From Ruditapes philippinarum (lineage: Eukaryota): a stretch of DNA of 64,000 nt. A program made the translations under genes and the position numbers. The stretch lies in contig NW_026863536.1 in NCBI RefSeq assembly GCF_026571515.1, positions 62,001 through 126,000 of the forward strand, in the 5' to 3' direction. Shown here in pieces: positions 25,280-37,621 of this stretch (position 1 is its first letter; every line of letters starts with the position of its first letter). Under the pieces are notes generated by a model, which was not told where the DNA came from, did no database searches, and saw only the letters and a list, made by a program, of their open reading frames with translations.

Positions 25280-26817
25280 TGAAGCGATCCTGCGGGCAAA
25301 TTGGGCGTGTGATATCATAAGTAGATTAATTTACCTCAACAAGATGCTCAGTTTTTGGGACTCGTCTAGTACCAGATTTAGATACTTATTTATATAACAA
25401 ATATAACAAATATAACAAAAAGAGGTGTTCATCTAATCTAAATTTTATTTACTATGTTCTACATTTATAAAGTTATTTACATCAATGCATGCACAAAAGT
25501 TCTTCTTTTTCTAACATCTACAATAACTCGCTAAGTCATCATTGAAAATTCACTTTTTCAGAATAAGAGTCATGAATCATTGTCATTAATATCAACACAT
25601 CACTTATAATACACTCACTAAACACTTCACTTAACTTCAATTACTAACACTTCACTAAAGTTCACTTACTAACACTTCACTTAACTTCAATTACTAACAC
25701 TTCACTAAAGTTCCCTTACTAACACTTCACTTAAGTTCACTTACTAACACTTCACATAAGTTCATTTACTAAAACTTCACTAAAATTCACGTTAAAACAC
25801 ATTACTGAAAATTCACCTTATAGCACATCACTAATGATTCACTTAACTAACACTGTTTCAAATTTGAATCACTTTTCATTCACTATTTCACAAACTGAAA
25901 TATTTCACCAACATGGTGATCAAGGAACTTCACAATCATTATACCTATGTAATTTAATAGACAATTTTCTAAGTAGTTAAATCACCAACATGGTGATTAA
26001 GGAACTTAAACTTTTCATGTACCTAAAGATAATTTTCTAAGTAGTTAAATCACCAACATGGTGATTAAGGAACTTAAACTTTTTATGTTCAGAAAAACTC
26101 TAAGTTGTTAAATCACCAACATGGTGTAAATTTCCTAAGTGGTTAATTCACCAACATGGTGTAAATTTCCTAAGTGGTTAATTCACCAACATGGTGATCA
26201 AGGTACTTTACAACCTCATTCACTTATACACAAACTTTTCTAAGTACCTACATCACCTTCATGGTGAAGCAGTAACTTAGCACATCTGGCACAAAGATAC
26301 TAACACTTTATCATAAACAATTTAAACACTATGTAGATATGAATTCCATCAAGTTACACAAACTACACAAACTTGCACTTAGAATAATAAGAACTGTAAA
26401 TCTTGACACATTTCACAAGTTGTTAAATCACCATCATGGTGTTTAAACAACTTTAATATTTAACTATTCCATACTAAATTACTAAACACTATTTTCTAGT
26501 TAAATCCAAAGGTCAGTGGAGTGAGAGAGAGAGAGAGAGAGACTGCACATGTGATGCAGCTATTTATGTAAGACCCACTTGGAATTGACCAATGGGCAGT
26601 ATTCCTAATCTATTAATAACTTGGACAGGTTATCTACTGATTAAGCAATAGATAATAGAGAGTTGAAGTACATGGTAGTATATACATGGTTTAAACCTAA
26701 TTATTACAAGGAAAGTTACTTATATTTTCTGAAATGAAAAGTATTAAGATAATTACAATTATATCTTAATTACAAACTTTAATATCAAATTAACAACAAA
26801 TAACTAGGGTCGTTGCA
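25280..26817 (-). repeat. 5' LTR (1538 bp)
   Basis: Partner of 19635-21163. Confidence 0.97.
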
Positions 26818-27004
26818 GTTCATACTACCCCACTAATTTCCTATACCCTGGGGTATAATCATTTGCTCTGCAACTTTTTAACCTTGCAAGACCATCATCC
26901 CCACTTCCAGACAAGAGGACATAACCTGTCATGGATTTTCAATTATTTTTGATAATTATGCCCTTTTCACTTTTCTAATTACCAGTAAATTTTATACTGT
27001 TGAT

Positions 27005-28690
27005 TTTTTTCTACTTCAAATAGAGTTGATCCAATTTTTCTACTTCAAATACTACTAATCCATTTTTCTACATCAAATATGCTAATCTTTTTTTTCTCTA
27101 CTTATATTGCTGATTCTTTTCTGTCTACATGTACTTCAAATACTGCTGATCCATTTTTTTTCTACCTGAAATACTGCTCATCCATTTTTTCTACTTCAAA
27201 TATGATGATCCATTTTTTTTCCACCTCAAATACTGCTGATCCATTTTTTTACTTAAAATATGATGATCAATTTTTTAAGTCTTCAAATTCTGCTGATCCA
27301 TTTTTTTCCACTTCTAAAATTGCTGATCTATTTTTTCTACTTCAAATTGAAATATGCTGATCTATTTTTCTCAACATCAAATACTGCTGATCCATTTTTT
27401 TTCTACTTCATAAATCTGATCACTTTTCTACAACAAAAATGCTGATCCTTTTTCTTCTACATCAAACATGCTGATTGAGTCTTTTCTTCTTAAAATACTG
27501 CTAATTTTCTTATATACTTCAAATACTGCTAATTCTTTTTTTCTACTTCAAATATGCTGTCTGTTCTCTTTTTTTTTACTTCAAATATGGCTGACCCATT
27601 TTCAACTTCAAACAAGATGATCTATTTTGCTACATCAAATACTGCTGATCCATTTTTCCTTCTTCAAATTCTGGTGATCCATTTTTTTACTTCAATTACA
27701 GCTGATCAATTTTTTCTACTTCAAATATGCTGATCCTTTTTTCTACTTAAAATTCTGCTGATCCATTTTTTTCTACTTCTAAACTGCTGATCCATTTTCT
27801 GAATCAAAAACTGCTGATCCATTTTTCTACTTCAAATATGCTGATCCATTTTTCCACACCAAATACTGCTGATCTGTTTTTGTACTTCAAGTATGCTGAT
27901 CTCTTTTTCTACTTCAAATACTGCTGATCCATTTTTTTTCAATATGCTGATCCAGTTTTCTACATCATTGATCAAATACTGCTGATCCATTTTGTTTTAC
28001 TTCAATATGCTGATCCATTCTTCTACATTAAATACTGCAGATCAATTTTTTCTACTTCAATATGCTGATTCATTTTTCTACATCATTGATCAAATACTGC
28101 TGATCCATTTTTCTACTTCATGTACTTCAATACGCAGGTCCATTCTTCTACATCAAATACTGCTGATCCATTTTTTCTACTTCAATATGCTGATCCATTT
28201 TTCTACATCAAATACTGCTGATCCATTTTTTCTACTTCAATATGCTGATCCATTTTTCTACACCAAATACTGCTGATCCGTTTTTCCACTTCAAGTATGC
28301 TTTTTCTGCTTTGAATACTGCTGATCTCTTTTTATCTTCTTCAAATACTGTAGATTGTAGATCCATTTTTTCTACTTCAATATGCTGATCCATTTTTCTA
28401 CATCAAATACTGCTGATCCATTTTTCTACTTCATATATGCAGATCCATTTTTCTACACCAAAAATACTGCTGATCCGTTTTTCCACTTCAAGTATGTTTT
28501 TTTTCTGCTTTGAATACTGCTGATCTCTTTTTATCTTCTTCAAATACTGTAGATTGTTGATCCATTTTCTACTTCAAATATGTCAATTGGTTTTTCCACA
28601 TCAAATACAGATGATCATTTTTTTCTCCTTCAAATACTGCTGATCTTTTTTTTTTCTACTTCAATATTGCTGATCCATTTTTTCTTACTT
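27005..28690. repeat. Tandem minisatellite, ~30 bp unit TTCTACTTCAAATACTGCTGATCCATTTTT
   Basis: Dozens of units. Related units also occur at 19510-19555, left of the LTR insertion. Confidence 0.95.
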
Positions 28691-28709
28691 CAAGTATAAT
28701 TGCTGGTCC

Positions 28710-29490
28710 TTTTTTATGCTCTATAAAGTCGCTGCCTTTCCATCCGTCTGCATTTTCTTGTCCGGGACACAAGTCTGAAACTACATAAGGTATCAACAAG
28801 AAACTTAGTAGGTAAACAAGTGCAGTGCACAAGAACCATAACTCTGCCTCACCTAATTTTGGACTTATTGCCCTTTTTTTTCATTTTACACTTTGAACTG
28901 TGACCGGGACTAACTCTGAAACCTAAAGCGATATCAAGAAACTTTGTAGGTAGATAGATCTCATTAGTAAAAGTGAACTGCACAAGAACCTTCACTCTGC
29001 CTTGCTTAATTTTAGAGTTATTGCCCTTTATAATTTTTACACTTTGAACTTTGTCTTGGACACAACCCAGAAACCAAGAGAGGTATCAAAAAGAAACTTA
29101 GAAGATAGATAGATTTCATCGAGTAGAAGAGCAGTGCACAAGAACCGTAACTGTGCACATTATAACTTGTAAGTATTAACAGCCTTTGTCTTTTTCATAC
29201 TTAATTTTTGTCAACAATGTAACTCCAACTGTAAGAAAACTAGTTTCTACTGAAGACAGATAGATCTAATAGTGGAGAAGTGCAGTGCACAAGAACCATA
29301 ACTCTGCCTCATATTTTGCAGTGTTAATACTTTCTTCCTGCATATTAAAAACAGTTTTAACCTTTTTCAGCAACTACCTATAACATAATAATACCTTGAT
29401 GCTGAACTTGGTTAACACATTATGGACAAACTACTTCTCTGTGTTCAAAACCTATTCCGGGAGAATCCCCTGGTTGAACTGACTCTTTTT
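28710..29490 (+). mobile_element. Helentron-like element with ~135-150 bp tandem units
   Basis: Repeating gtgcagtgcacaagaaccataactctgcc..ttattgccct. Its 3' end caaaacctattccgggag matches ~18995-19012. Confidence 0.75.
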
Positions 29491-30341
29491 TTATTTCAAT
29501 AACAAAACTGTTTATCTTTTTTCTACCTCAATAACAGCAATTCTTATATGTCTGTTTTTCATATAATATACTACTGTTAATTACATGCTTTTCGGTGGTT
29601 TATAGAAATATATCAGTGATATAAAACTGATATTTCCACTGTTTCAAAGTAAGTGAGTGAGTGAGTAAGTAAGTAACGACTTTATTTAACGAGGCTAACA
29701 CATTCAGTTTCCCGATCTTCCATGCGGGCCTATAACCAACTTTCTACTTCTAAGACTTCTGATGCAGTTCTCTATTTGAAAGACTGCTTTGATATTTCAT
29801 TTTCCTGCTAGAAGTTTGCTGATCATTGTTTTTCTTACTTCAAAACTACTGAAACTCTACTGACACTATCCAGCATCTCTTCTAGTCAGACCGCATGAGA
29901 CTTCTATATATTCAAAGAATATTCTAAGAGACCCTCTCCTACTTCTAGTATTGAGAAGCAAAGAAATATTCTGGTGGGTATTAAAAGAAAGGGGATGGGG
30001 GATAATATATGCTCAAAAAGGAGAGGAATAGTGCCGCATATAAGTGATGGCTCGTTAAATGTGCAGCATTGGTTAAATCACTGAGATACTGCAACAGTTG
30101 TTGCCTCAAACAAAGTCTTAACCCATCTAAACATAATCACACATGCACTGTCTGTGTCAATTTATTCCTTCTAAACAAAAAAGCAGAAATATACCTATCA
30201 ATGGTTTTTATCATGGAACTGAGATCTGTATTATAAGCTAGATCTGTATGGATACTCCTTTGAAAGTAAAATGGCCCCAGACATCTCATAAGTCATTCAT
30301 ACCACTATTCACTTCCAATTATAAATAATTTAACCATCTTA

Positions 30342-30960
30342 ACGGCCTCCAACCTCCCCTTAAAGCCGTCCATTCCACCCTTTATCACTAACAGAATATA
30401 ATAACACTCTCTTAATGGTATCTGATCTCTCTAATTGCTTTTACCATCATACTTTAGTTACCTTTAGAATAATTATATAACACTAACTAAAACAGCCTCC
30501 AACCTCCGCTTTCAGCTGTCTGTACCACCCTTTACCACTAATAGAATATAATAACACTATCTAAATGGTTAGTGACCAGTCACATCATACTTAAGTACCT
30601 CATAAATATATAACACTAACTAAAACGGCCTCCAACCTCCCCTTATAGCTGTCCGTACCACCCTTTACCACTAATAGAATATAATAACACTATCTAAATG
30701 GTTAGTGACCAGTCACATCATACTTAAGTACCTCATAAATATATAACACTAACTAAAAAATGGCCTCCAACCTCCCCTTACTAGCGTCCGACAACCTTTT
30801 TCCCATAAAGATATAATAACACTATTAAATTTTAGTGACCGTACACATTTCTTAAACCTCATAAATATTAAATTTTTAAAAGGGCCTCCAAACCCTCCCC
30901 AAGCGCCCGTAAACCCTTTACCACAAATTTAATATAAAAATTCTAAAAGTTATACCATCA
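30342..30960. repeat. Tandem repeat, ~132 bp, decaying into noisy sequence
   Basis: gcctccaacctcccctt..ccctttaccactaatagaatataataacact near 30343, 30494, 30626, 30761 and 30882. Confidence 0.85.
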
Positions 30961-31779
30961 CATCATATTTTTTTTTAAGTTCAAAATATAATAAACTAAA
31001 AACCCCCAAAACCCCCCCTGTAGCTAATATCTACTATTTAAACCAATGAATTCAATAAACCCAAAATGTTTAAAAAAATTGAAAATTCATATTTAAATTA
31101 ATTTAAACAATGTCTTCAAATGATGTTCAAAACAAAAAAGTTGATACAAACACACAAAAAGCAACAACTTTTACTGTGTTATAAACCCCCATTAACCTGT
31201 GCTGAATATTTAAAACATTTAGTCATAATTCAAATCTAAATTTAGAAAGGGATTTAACTCTAAGAAAAATGAAAGAAGAGTAATGGCTCTTAGATCTTAC
31301 TTAAAAAAATAGCAAGGTGCCTTAAATAATATCTTAAAAAGTCAGTGAAAAAGCAACAAAGAATACAGCAATTTGTGCAAAGATAAGAATGCATTATTTT
31401 TTTAGCATAAACAAAACAAGAGAGAATAATCAGAATTACATGTATCATTATAAAAAATGTTCCTGGTTTAAATTTCTGTTTTCTAGTAAAATTACATTTG
31501 AACTAATTGATAAAATCAAGTTTCAGTAAAATGATATTACCATGTATCTTCAATCAGGTACATGTATGTATCTTATATATTGCCAGTGCTTTAATATTAA
31601 GAATAACTGAGAATAAAATTATAAATGATGAATAGACACTGAAGATTTCTTTATAGAAAAAGTGATCAAAGTTTAAATGAGAATGAAATTATCAACAAAT
31701 CCACTGCAAGCTAAAATTTCTGTTTCTACTTGAAGCAGGCTGTCTACATAAAACCACTTTTCCCCTTACTACACTACAG

Positions 31780-31927
31780 TGCGTTTGAATCCTGCCAGGG
31801 GCTATGTTTTATTTTATGTGTGGCAGCTATCCACATGGGGTGCACCTGGGTGGGCACTGAGACATGTTTTCCTCAACAATAAAGCTTGAAAGGATCTATG
31901 TACTTTGCAAACCAAATCAATCAATCA
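31780..31927 (+). mobile_element. Truncated tRNA-SINE
   Basis: B-box-like gtttgaatcctgcc, SINE-like body and a caaaccaaatcaatcaatca tail. Confidence 0.5.
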
Positions 31928-32227
31928 TGTTAAAAACAAAAATTGCCACTTTGAATGAACATGCCTCTCAAAGTACTTATAAAACAGATCATAAGGGGGT
32001 TTGCAGAAGTTGATGTTTTCAGGTTAAATCGTTGCTACTTATATGTGATAAAAAAAACTGATCCCGATGATTTAACTTAGTATTTGCTCCAAAATATAAC
32101 TGGATATACGGATAAAATTTCAGAAAACTGGTGAAATTACAAACTTGAGGGTTATTGACAACATCATTGGATAAAAACAACTAACTACCCTACACCCCCT
32201 ACAGCATTACTACACTAAAATAACAAA

Positions 32228-35185
32228 CTAGTAAAAATACCTCCGAAAGTTGGGATGACTTGGGTTGACTTGGATGGCGGGCCGTTTTGCAGCAGGGTAC
32301 CAATCTGTATCATCGTCCCTACCACGCTTGCGGCTCACTGAAATATGTAGTAACTCATGTTTAATTTAAAGATATTTTTATAAAATAATAATTACTACAC
32401 TTAAATTCACTTCAATCTTGTAAAGGCCAGCATACTTCACATATGGCATGAAAATTATAAATTTGTTGTTTGTGGAGTTAGTAAGTCTTAACAGTTTAAT
32501 ACCTGAAAAAAAGATGGAAATATTTAGTAAAATATAAAAATATATAGAATGCATATTTTCAAATGAAAATTATATGAATCAGAAAAATAACATCTGAATA
32601 AATCTTGTGTTCAGAATATATTGCAACATGTGAGAAAATATAATGATAATTTATCCATCTGACACTGGTGAAGTTCTGAAATAAAACATAAAAGGCATGA
32701 TAATATAATTGAGATGAGCACCTTTCTTACTGCTGTCCTTGCTATTTTTAGACAGCAGGAGACTGAAGTCAAAATGCTCTTCAGCCTCTAGACGCCATTC
32801 CTCCATCTGCCAGATCATCTCATTTGTGAGGCTGGTAAAACAATAATAGAAATGTTTAGTATAAATCTAAGTTTCACAATAGCAATAAAACAATAATGAG
32901 TGTGACAACAGGCCCTTTTCTGTAAACTTTAGAAAAAAATCAGTTTAAAACATTTTGATCTGGCAATTCATAATCATGTATGCATTGCTTTCTTTATTTC
33001 ATATTCATATGGGTTATTTTTGTAGAAAAAACATGGAGGAAAGGACCTATTGTCATACATAAAATTTCTTAAAACAATATTCAATTGAAAAACCAACTAA
33101 AAGAAAAAAAAAAGTTATGTTATTAATAGAACATTAATAGAATAAAGTCCTGAGTGAAATCAAATGTTAAAGGTACATTAATGTAATTATTTTTTATTCA
33201 AAGACATTATATAAAGTACTTACTGTGTACCAAACAGCTCAGGGAATTCTGGTTCGTTGAGCTGATCTAGTAATACAGGCACCTTCTCTCTTGCAGGTGT
33301 TGATGTCCGGTCTATCTTGATGACCGAAGAACTAGTACCACTACTACTAGGTCTAATATTCCTAGGCCGATGAGGACTAGGGGTCCTAGACCTATTGGAA
33401 TGGCACTTGTCCCTGGTACATCTAGATCTCGACCTGGGACTAGGACATCTAGACCTATTGGAATGGCACTTGTCCCTGGTACATCTAGATCTCGACCTGG
33501 GACTAGGACCTCTAGACCTATTGGAATGGCACTTGTCCCTGGTACATCTAGACCTGGACCTTGACCTGGGACGCCTAGACCTAGAGTAAGACCTAGATCT
33601 AGAACGTCTTCTTTGTCTGAAAATATATTAAATAAAAGAAATGAAATGAAAAAAAAAATCAAATGAAAAAAATAATGTTACAACAATGTCAAAATATCTA
33701 TCCAATATAAATGTTCATTTGTTAATACTGGATCTACAAAGTAGAAGGTCTGATCTGTATTTGAACTTTAGTCCTAATTTCAAATTAAGAAAAATTGATG
33801 TAACTCAAATACAGAGCAATTTTCTTGAGCATTCAAACCAACAGATCTCAATTTTAGGTACTGAAAAAAACAGTATTTAGCTAAATATAAAGAACTCTAA
33901 ATTTATTTTTCACTAGAATCTACTGCAGTAAAATCTTAGGTGATAAAATCTACTTTAGTGGACCACAGAACTAAATGAGTGTTGGTGCATTTTAATAACT
34001 ATGCTTTCCATTCTTAGTGTTATTCTGAATTTAGTTCAAATTTGTTGAAGTTTTGAATATAAACATGTAAAAAAGCAGGGTTGAGAGGGAAGCAAGTGTG
34101 CGCTAATATTGTAATTTGTTTAACTTTACCCACTAAACTAGATGTAGAGTATTCCTTTTTTTATGACCACATTATTTCTTTCAAGGTCTAAAATAAAACC
34201 GTCTTAATGCTACATGCCTGACAGATGAGCCAAAACATTTCAAAAAAATTAATCTTGAGAACAATGAACTAAGATTTTAAGAAAAGTAAAAAGATAATGT
34301 AATAATTTAAATGCTATTTGCGATTAAGGACTGATTTTGTAGAATTAATCAGCATATTTCTACTGTGCATTACTTTTTTTGTTTACTTCACAATATTTTA
34401 CTTTAAAAAATAAAAACATTTTTGTTTTTTATAATATGAAAATTTGCATAAATCTGAGGGCATGCTGCTTTAACCGTCTAAAGATTTATGCCCAAAAGTG
34501 TCAAGAATTACAATGGATAGATCTAGATCTCTACAGTACTCACAAAAAAAAACAAAATCAAAGGAAATTTACAACTTTTCAATAAAGCACATATAAGTAT
34601 CTGATACTTGTAATAATAACTCTCGAATTTTGTATATAAAAAAATGTTCTTCATAGTAAAATAGAACCTACATTTGTACATGCAAAAATCAAATATTTGT
34701 GCGGCCATTACTGTATCTAAGGAGCGGAGTTTGCGCATGAAATCTAACCAATCAAAACATAGCTTTCAAATACAATGGCGGACTTAATGAAAATAGTTCC
34801 CCCGCAAATGAATTAATATATCGGTAAACATGCAAGAAAATCGTATATTCCTTATATTTTGATCATTCAAATTCTAAATAAAAATATATTTGTTTGATTT
34901 AAAGATGTTTCATCATTATCTGATCGATATGTCTAACCATCAACGGAAAAACCACAATCTATAAATAGAACAATTAAGTCGGTTGCCAAGAGTAAGACAT
35001 TTTTTTTTGACAATTTTGCGACAGAATCAAATCAAACCGATTTTGCTTTTCATTTCCAATCCGATCTAATCTTAGAAATACATATCTTTCGTTCTTTATC
35101 TGATAAAACTTATTGTGAACACTGCATTGCGGTACGTAGGTCTAGGTCTAAGTGTAGTGTAGATTGAAGTTTCTTTGGGCGGCAT
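32228..35185 (-). CDS. Orphan 4-exon gene, 217-aa RS-repeat protein with putative bipartite NLS
   Basis: Exons 35136-35185, 33224-33616, 32731-32831 and 32228-32337 have GT-AG ends, compatible phases and no stop: MPPKETSIYTTLRPRPTQRRRSRSRSYSRSRRP(RSRSRCTRDKCHSNRSRxPSP)x3...NEMIWQMEEWRLEAEEHFDF...SRKRGRDDDTDWYPAAKRP..NFRRYFY*. Confidence 0.62.
33380..33570. repeat. Coding 63-bp tandem repeat (x3)
   Basis: cctattggaatggcacttgtccctggtacatctaga at 33391, 33454 and 33517. Confidence 0.95.
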
Positions 35186-36359
35186 TTTTTAAACTTATTA
35201 TTTTGTTTACGTACTGTATTGATATAAAACGGCACTAATATAATAACATAAAGGTTTTGGAAAATTTATGAAACAATGGAAATATTGCACAATATTTTTT
35301 CTGGTTCAGTTTCTTGAAGTAGAATCTAAACCTTACCCCGCCCACTGTAATGTAACAGCAGACTGAAATCGCGATTGAAATATTAAAAAAACATTTAAAT
35401 GAAACTGAAATAACAGTAACAGGACAGCGTAGGTTGAAAATATGATATTCATACGTTAATTCAAGTGTTTAAAATACTAAAACACTTACGAATAGTATGA
35501 AGATTTTCTTTCTCTGTCAGAGCGCATATTTTCAATGTTAGCTTTGCTGCAGATGTATGAATATGAACGTGCCAACCTGACAACAAAGCTCTTTATATAT
35601 GGTATCCAGGGGGTAGGTCGACCAATCAGTGCCGACTATCCAGTCGACCAATCAGGAAATAGCATTCAAAATTTCGCGGGCACCAAACTTGTGTTTTTTA
35701 ATTGTATTAAAAACACTATTTATAAAATAACCACACATCGGATTTGAGCTCTGTTTTTTGACAATAAATAACTGTACAGTTCCTCAATATTTTAAAACAT
35801 TCCTACCACGCTGTTCATTGATATGTGAATTTTCTTGGTAATTTTCTGTGCATTTTCAGTCATAAATTTTGAAATTATGAATAAAAGCAGCTTATATTTT
35901 TGATAATATGCAATTGAATGCACTAATTCAGGAATAAAATGAAGTAACAGGTAGAAATTACGATGACAATCATTTAATGCACTGCAAAATCAATTTGAAA
36001 TTCATATTTCAATGAAAAAAATGTCGAGTAAAACACAGCCGTAGCGTCTCATTTGTTGTTCAGCAATGATGTCTTATGTGATTTGACAGTCAAAACGCAT
36101 AAACATTTCTATTTCAATTGTGCATTCTTGAACAAAATAGATTAAACACGAAACAGGGCAAAAATTAAAAACGTTATATGTACAGGTTTCGGTTCGATAT
36201 CTATAGATCTATATAGAATCTAGCTAGATTGCCGATCAGGCTTATAGGCCTATGATACGCGGGTATCAGGTGACCATTCATGTGTCTAGTAGATAGAGTA
36301 TTGCCGTAGTCTATAGCACTGTCTAATTTGCAAGGAAAATAAAATATAAGGTTAGATCA

Positions 36360-36929
36360 CGGTCTACCTAGACTGGAAAAATGGTGCTTTTTAGAAGAAT
36401 TCGCAAAGTAAATACACATTCGCAGTATAGACAGAAGGACTAAAAGAGTCGCATCAAGTAATACCAATGACAAGCGGGCATCTAGAAGCCATGTTTTAAA
36501 GTGACTTTCTGCTCATTTTTCGTTATCAAATTCAACTGAATTGACGATATATATTTAAAAAAATTGACTGTTACAATGGTGATATTACTACGCGGTCATC
36601 TAACGGCCTTGATTCTTGTGCGAGCTCCATGGCAACGGTTTCGAAAAATTAGTAGGTGACGATGGGTTCCAGAAAATGGTGTTTTTTTTACGAAATTCGT
36701 AAAGTTTGTAAAACTTTGTATACAGAAGGAAACATTTACGAGTTCATGATACGGAGCTATCTAGCGGCCACGTTTAAATAAAAAGAGCTTTCACGTACCT
36801 TACTGTACCTTACTGCCTCTACTCACGAGAATTTCGACATATATAGGGCATATTAAGCCAAACCTTAGTTCTTAAAAGTCTGGCTGAATATGGACTTACG
36901 AACAGATTTTTTTGGCACGCACTCGTCCT
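36360..36929. mobile_element. Possible Kolobok-like DNA transposon end
   Basis: Ends ...gcactcgtCCT|TTAA, with subterminal direct repeats gaaaatggtg..aattcg at ~36376 and ~36672. The partner end was not found. Confidence 0.35.
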
Positions 36930-37621
36930 TTAACCAAGATAATCTTGGTCCAAGATGACCCAGAAATAATTGAGAGTAAGGTCATCAAATAAGAGTTATA
37001 TATCTTCAAGTTATATATTACAAAAATTTAAATTACAACATGTAGGCTATATGCCTCAACTGTAAATTTTAAATTTTCACATCAGTTGTGCCCGTGACTA
37101 TCAATATATCGCTCTATATATACGAGGAAGGCTGTTGTTTGTTTATTTGGGTTATTATGTTTATCTCTTCTCAGCTGTTACATGTATATAAACTTAAAAA
37201 AATAAAGCGGCTTACATGTTGAATTATAAATAAAATTATTAAAGCAGACGATAGTTTGTGGTAACGCACGTTTTCAGTATTGAGTGAGCATACCTTTATG
37301 AAGACATTTTCCCTGCAAGTATACAATTAGAATAAAATCCACATGAACTTCTTAGGTTCGTTTAATGAGGTTTCAGGAGATACCATAAGTTAATAAGGTT
37401 TCAGGAGATACCATAAGTTAATTGTTGATATTTTAAATATAGGACTAGTCAGTTGGTCTTCTTGCACTTTGTAGGCACATAGAGATAATCGATAATGGCA
37501 ACTCAAGTGAGATGCTTATTTATCTAAAATAAAGAAATAACAAAACAGTGAACTAAAAAGATTATGATTTACTATGGTGATCTACAAGTTTCTGAAAAAA
37601 TGTTCTACACGGATTGTCAGC

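Larger units (their letters stand above)
19635..26817 (-). mobile_element. Ty3/Gypsy LTR retrotransposon, non-autonomous, recent insertion
   Basis: Two ~1.53-kb LTRs (TG...CA), 4-bp TSD GTTC (19631-34 / 26818-21), PBS, PPT, and gag-protease-RNaseH-integrase order. Confidence 0.97.

Noticed and set aside
32380-32502. Alternative last exon of the RS gene (SIKLLRLTNS...IIL*)
   Set aside because: In phase but AT-rich and intron-like. The 32228-32337 exon is more coding-like. Cannot be excluded without RNA data.
33312-33662. ORF-track protein with DVPGTSAIPIGL repeats and the two + strand repeat ORFs
   Set aside because: Alternative frames of the 63-bp repeat. Only the RS frame splices in phase with the neighbouring exons.
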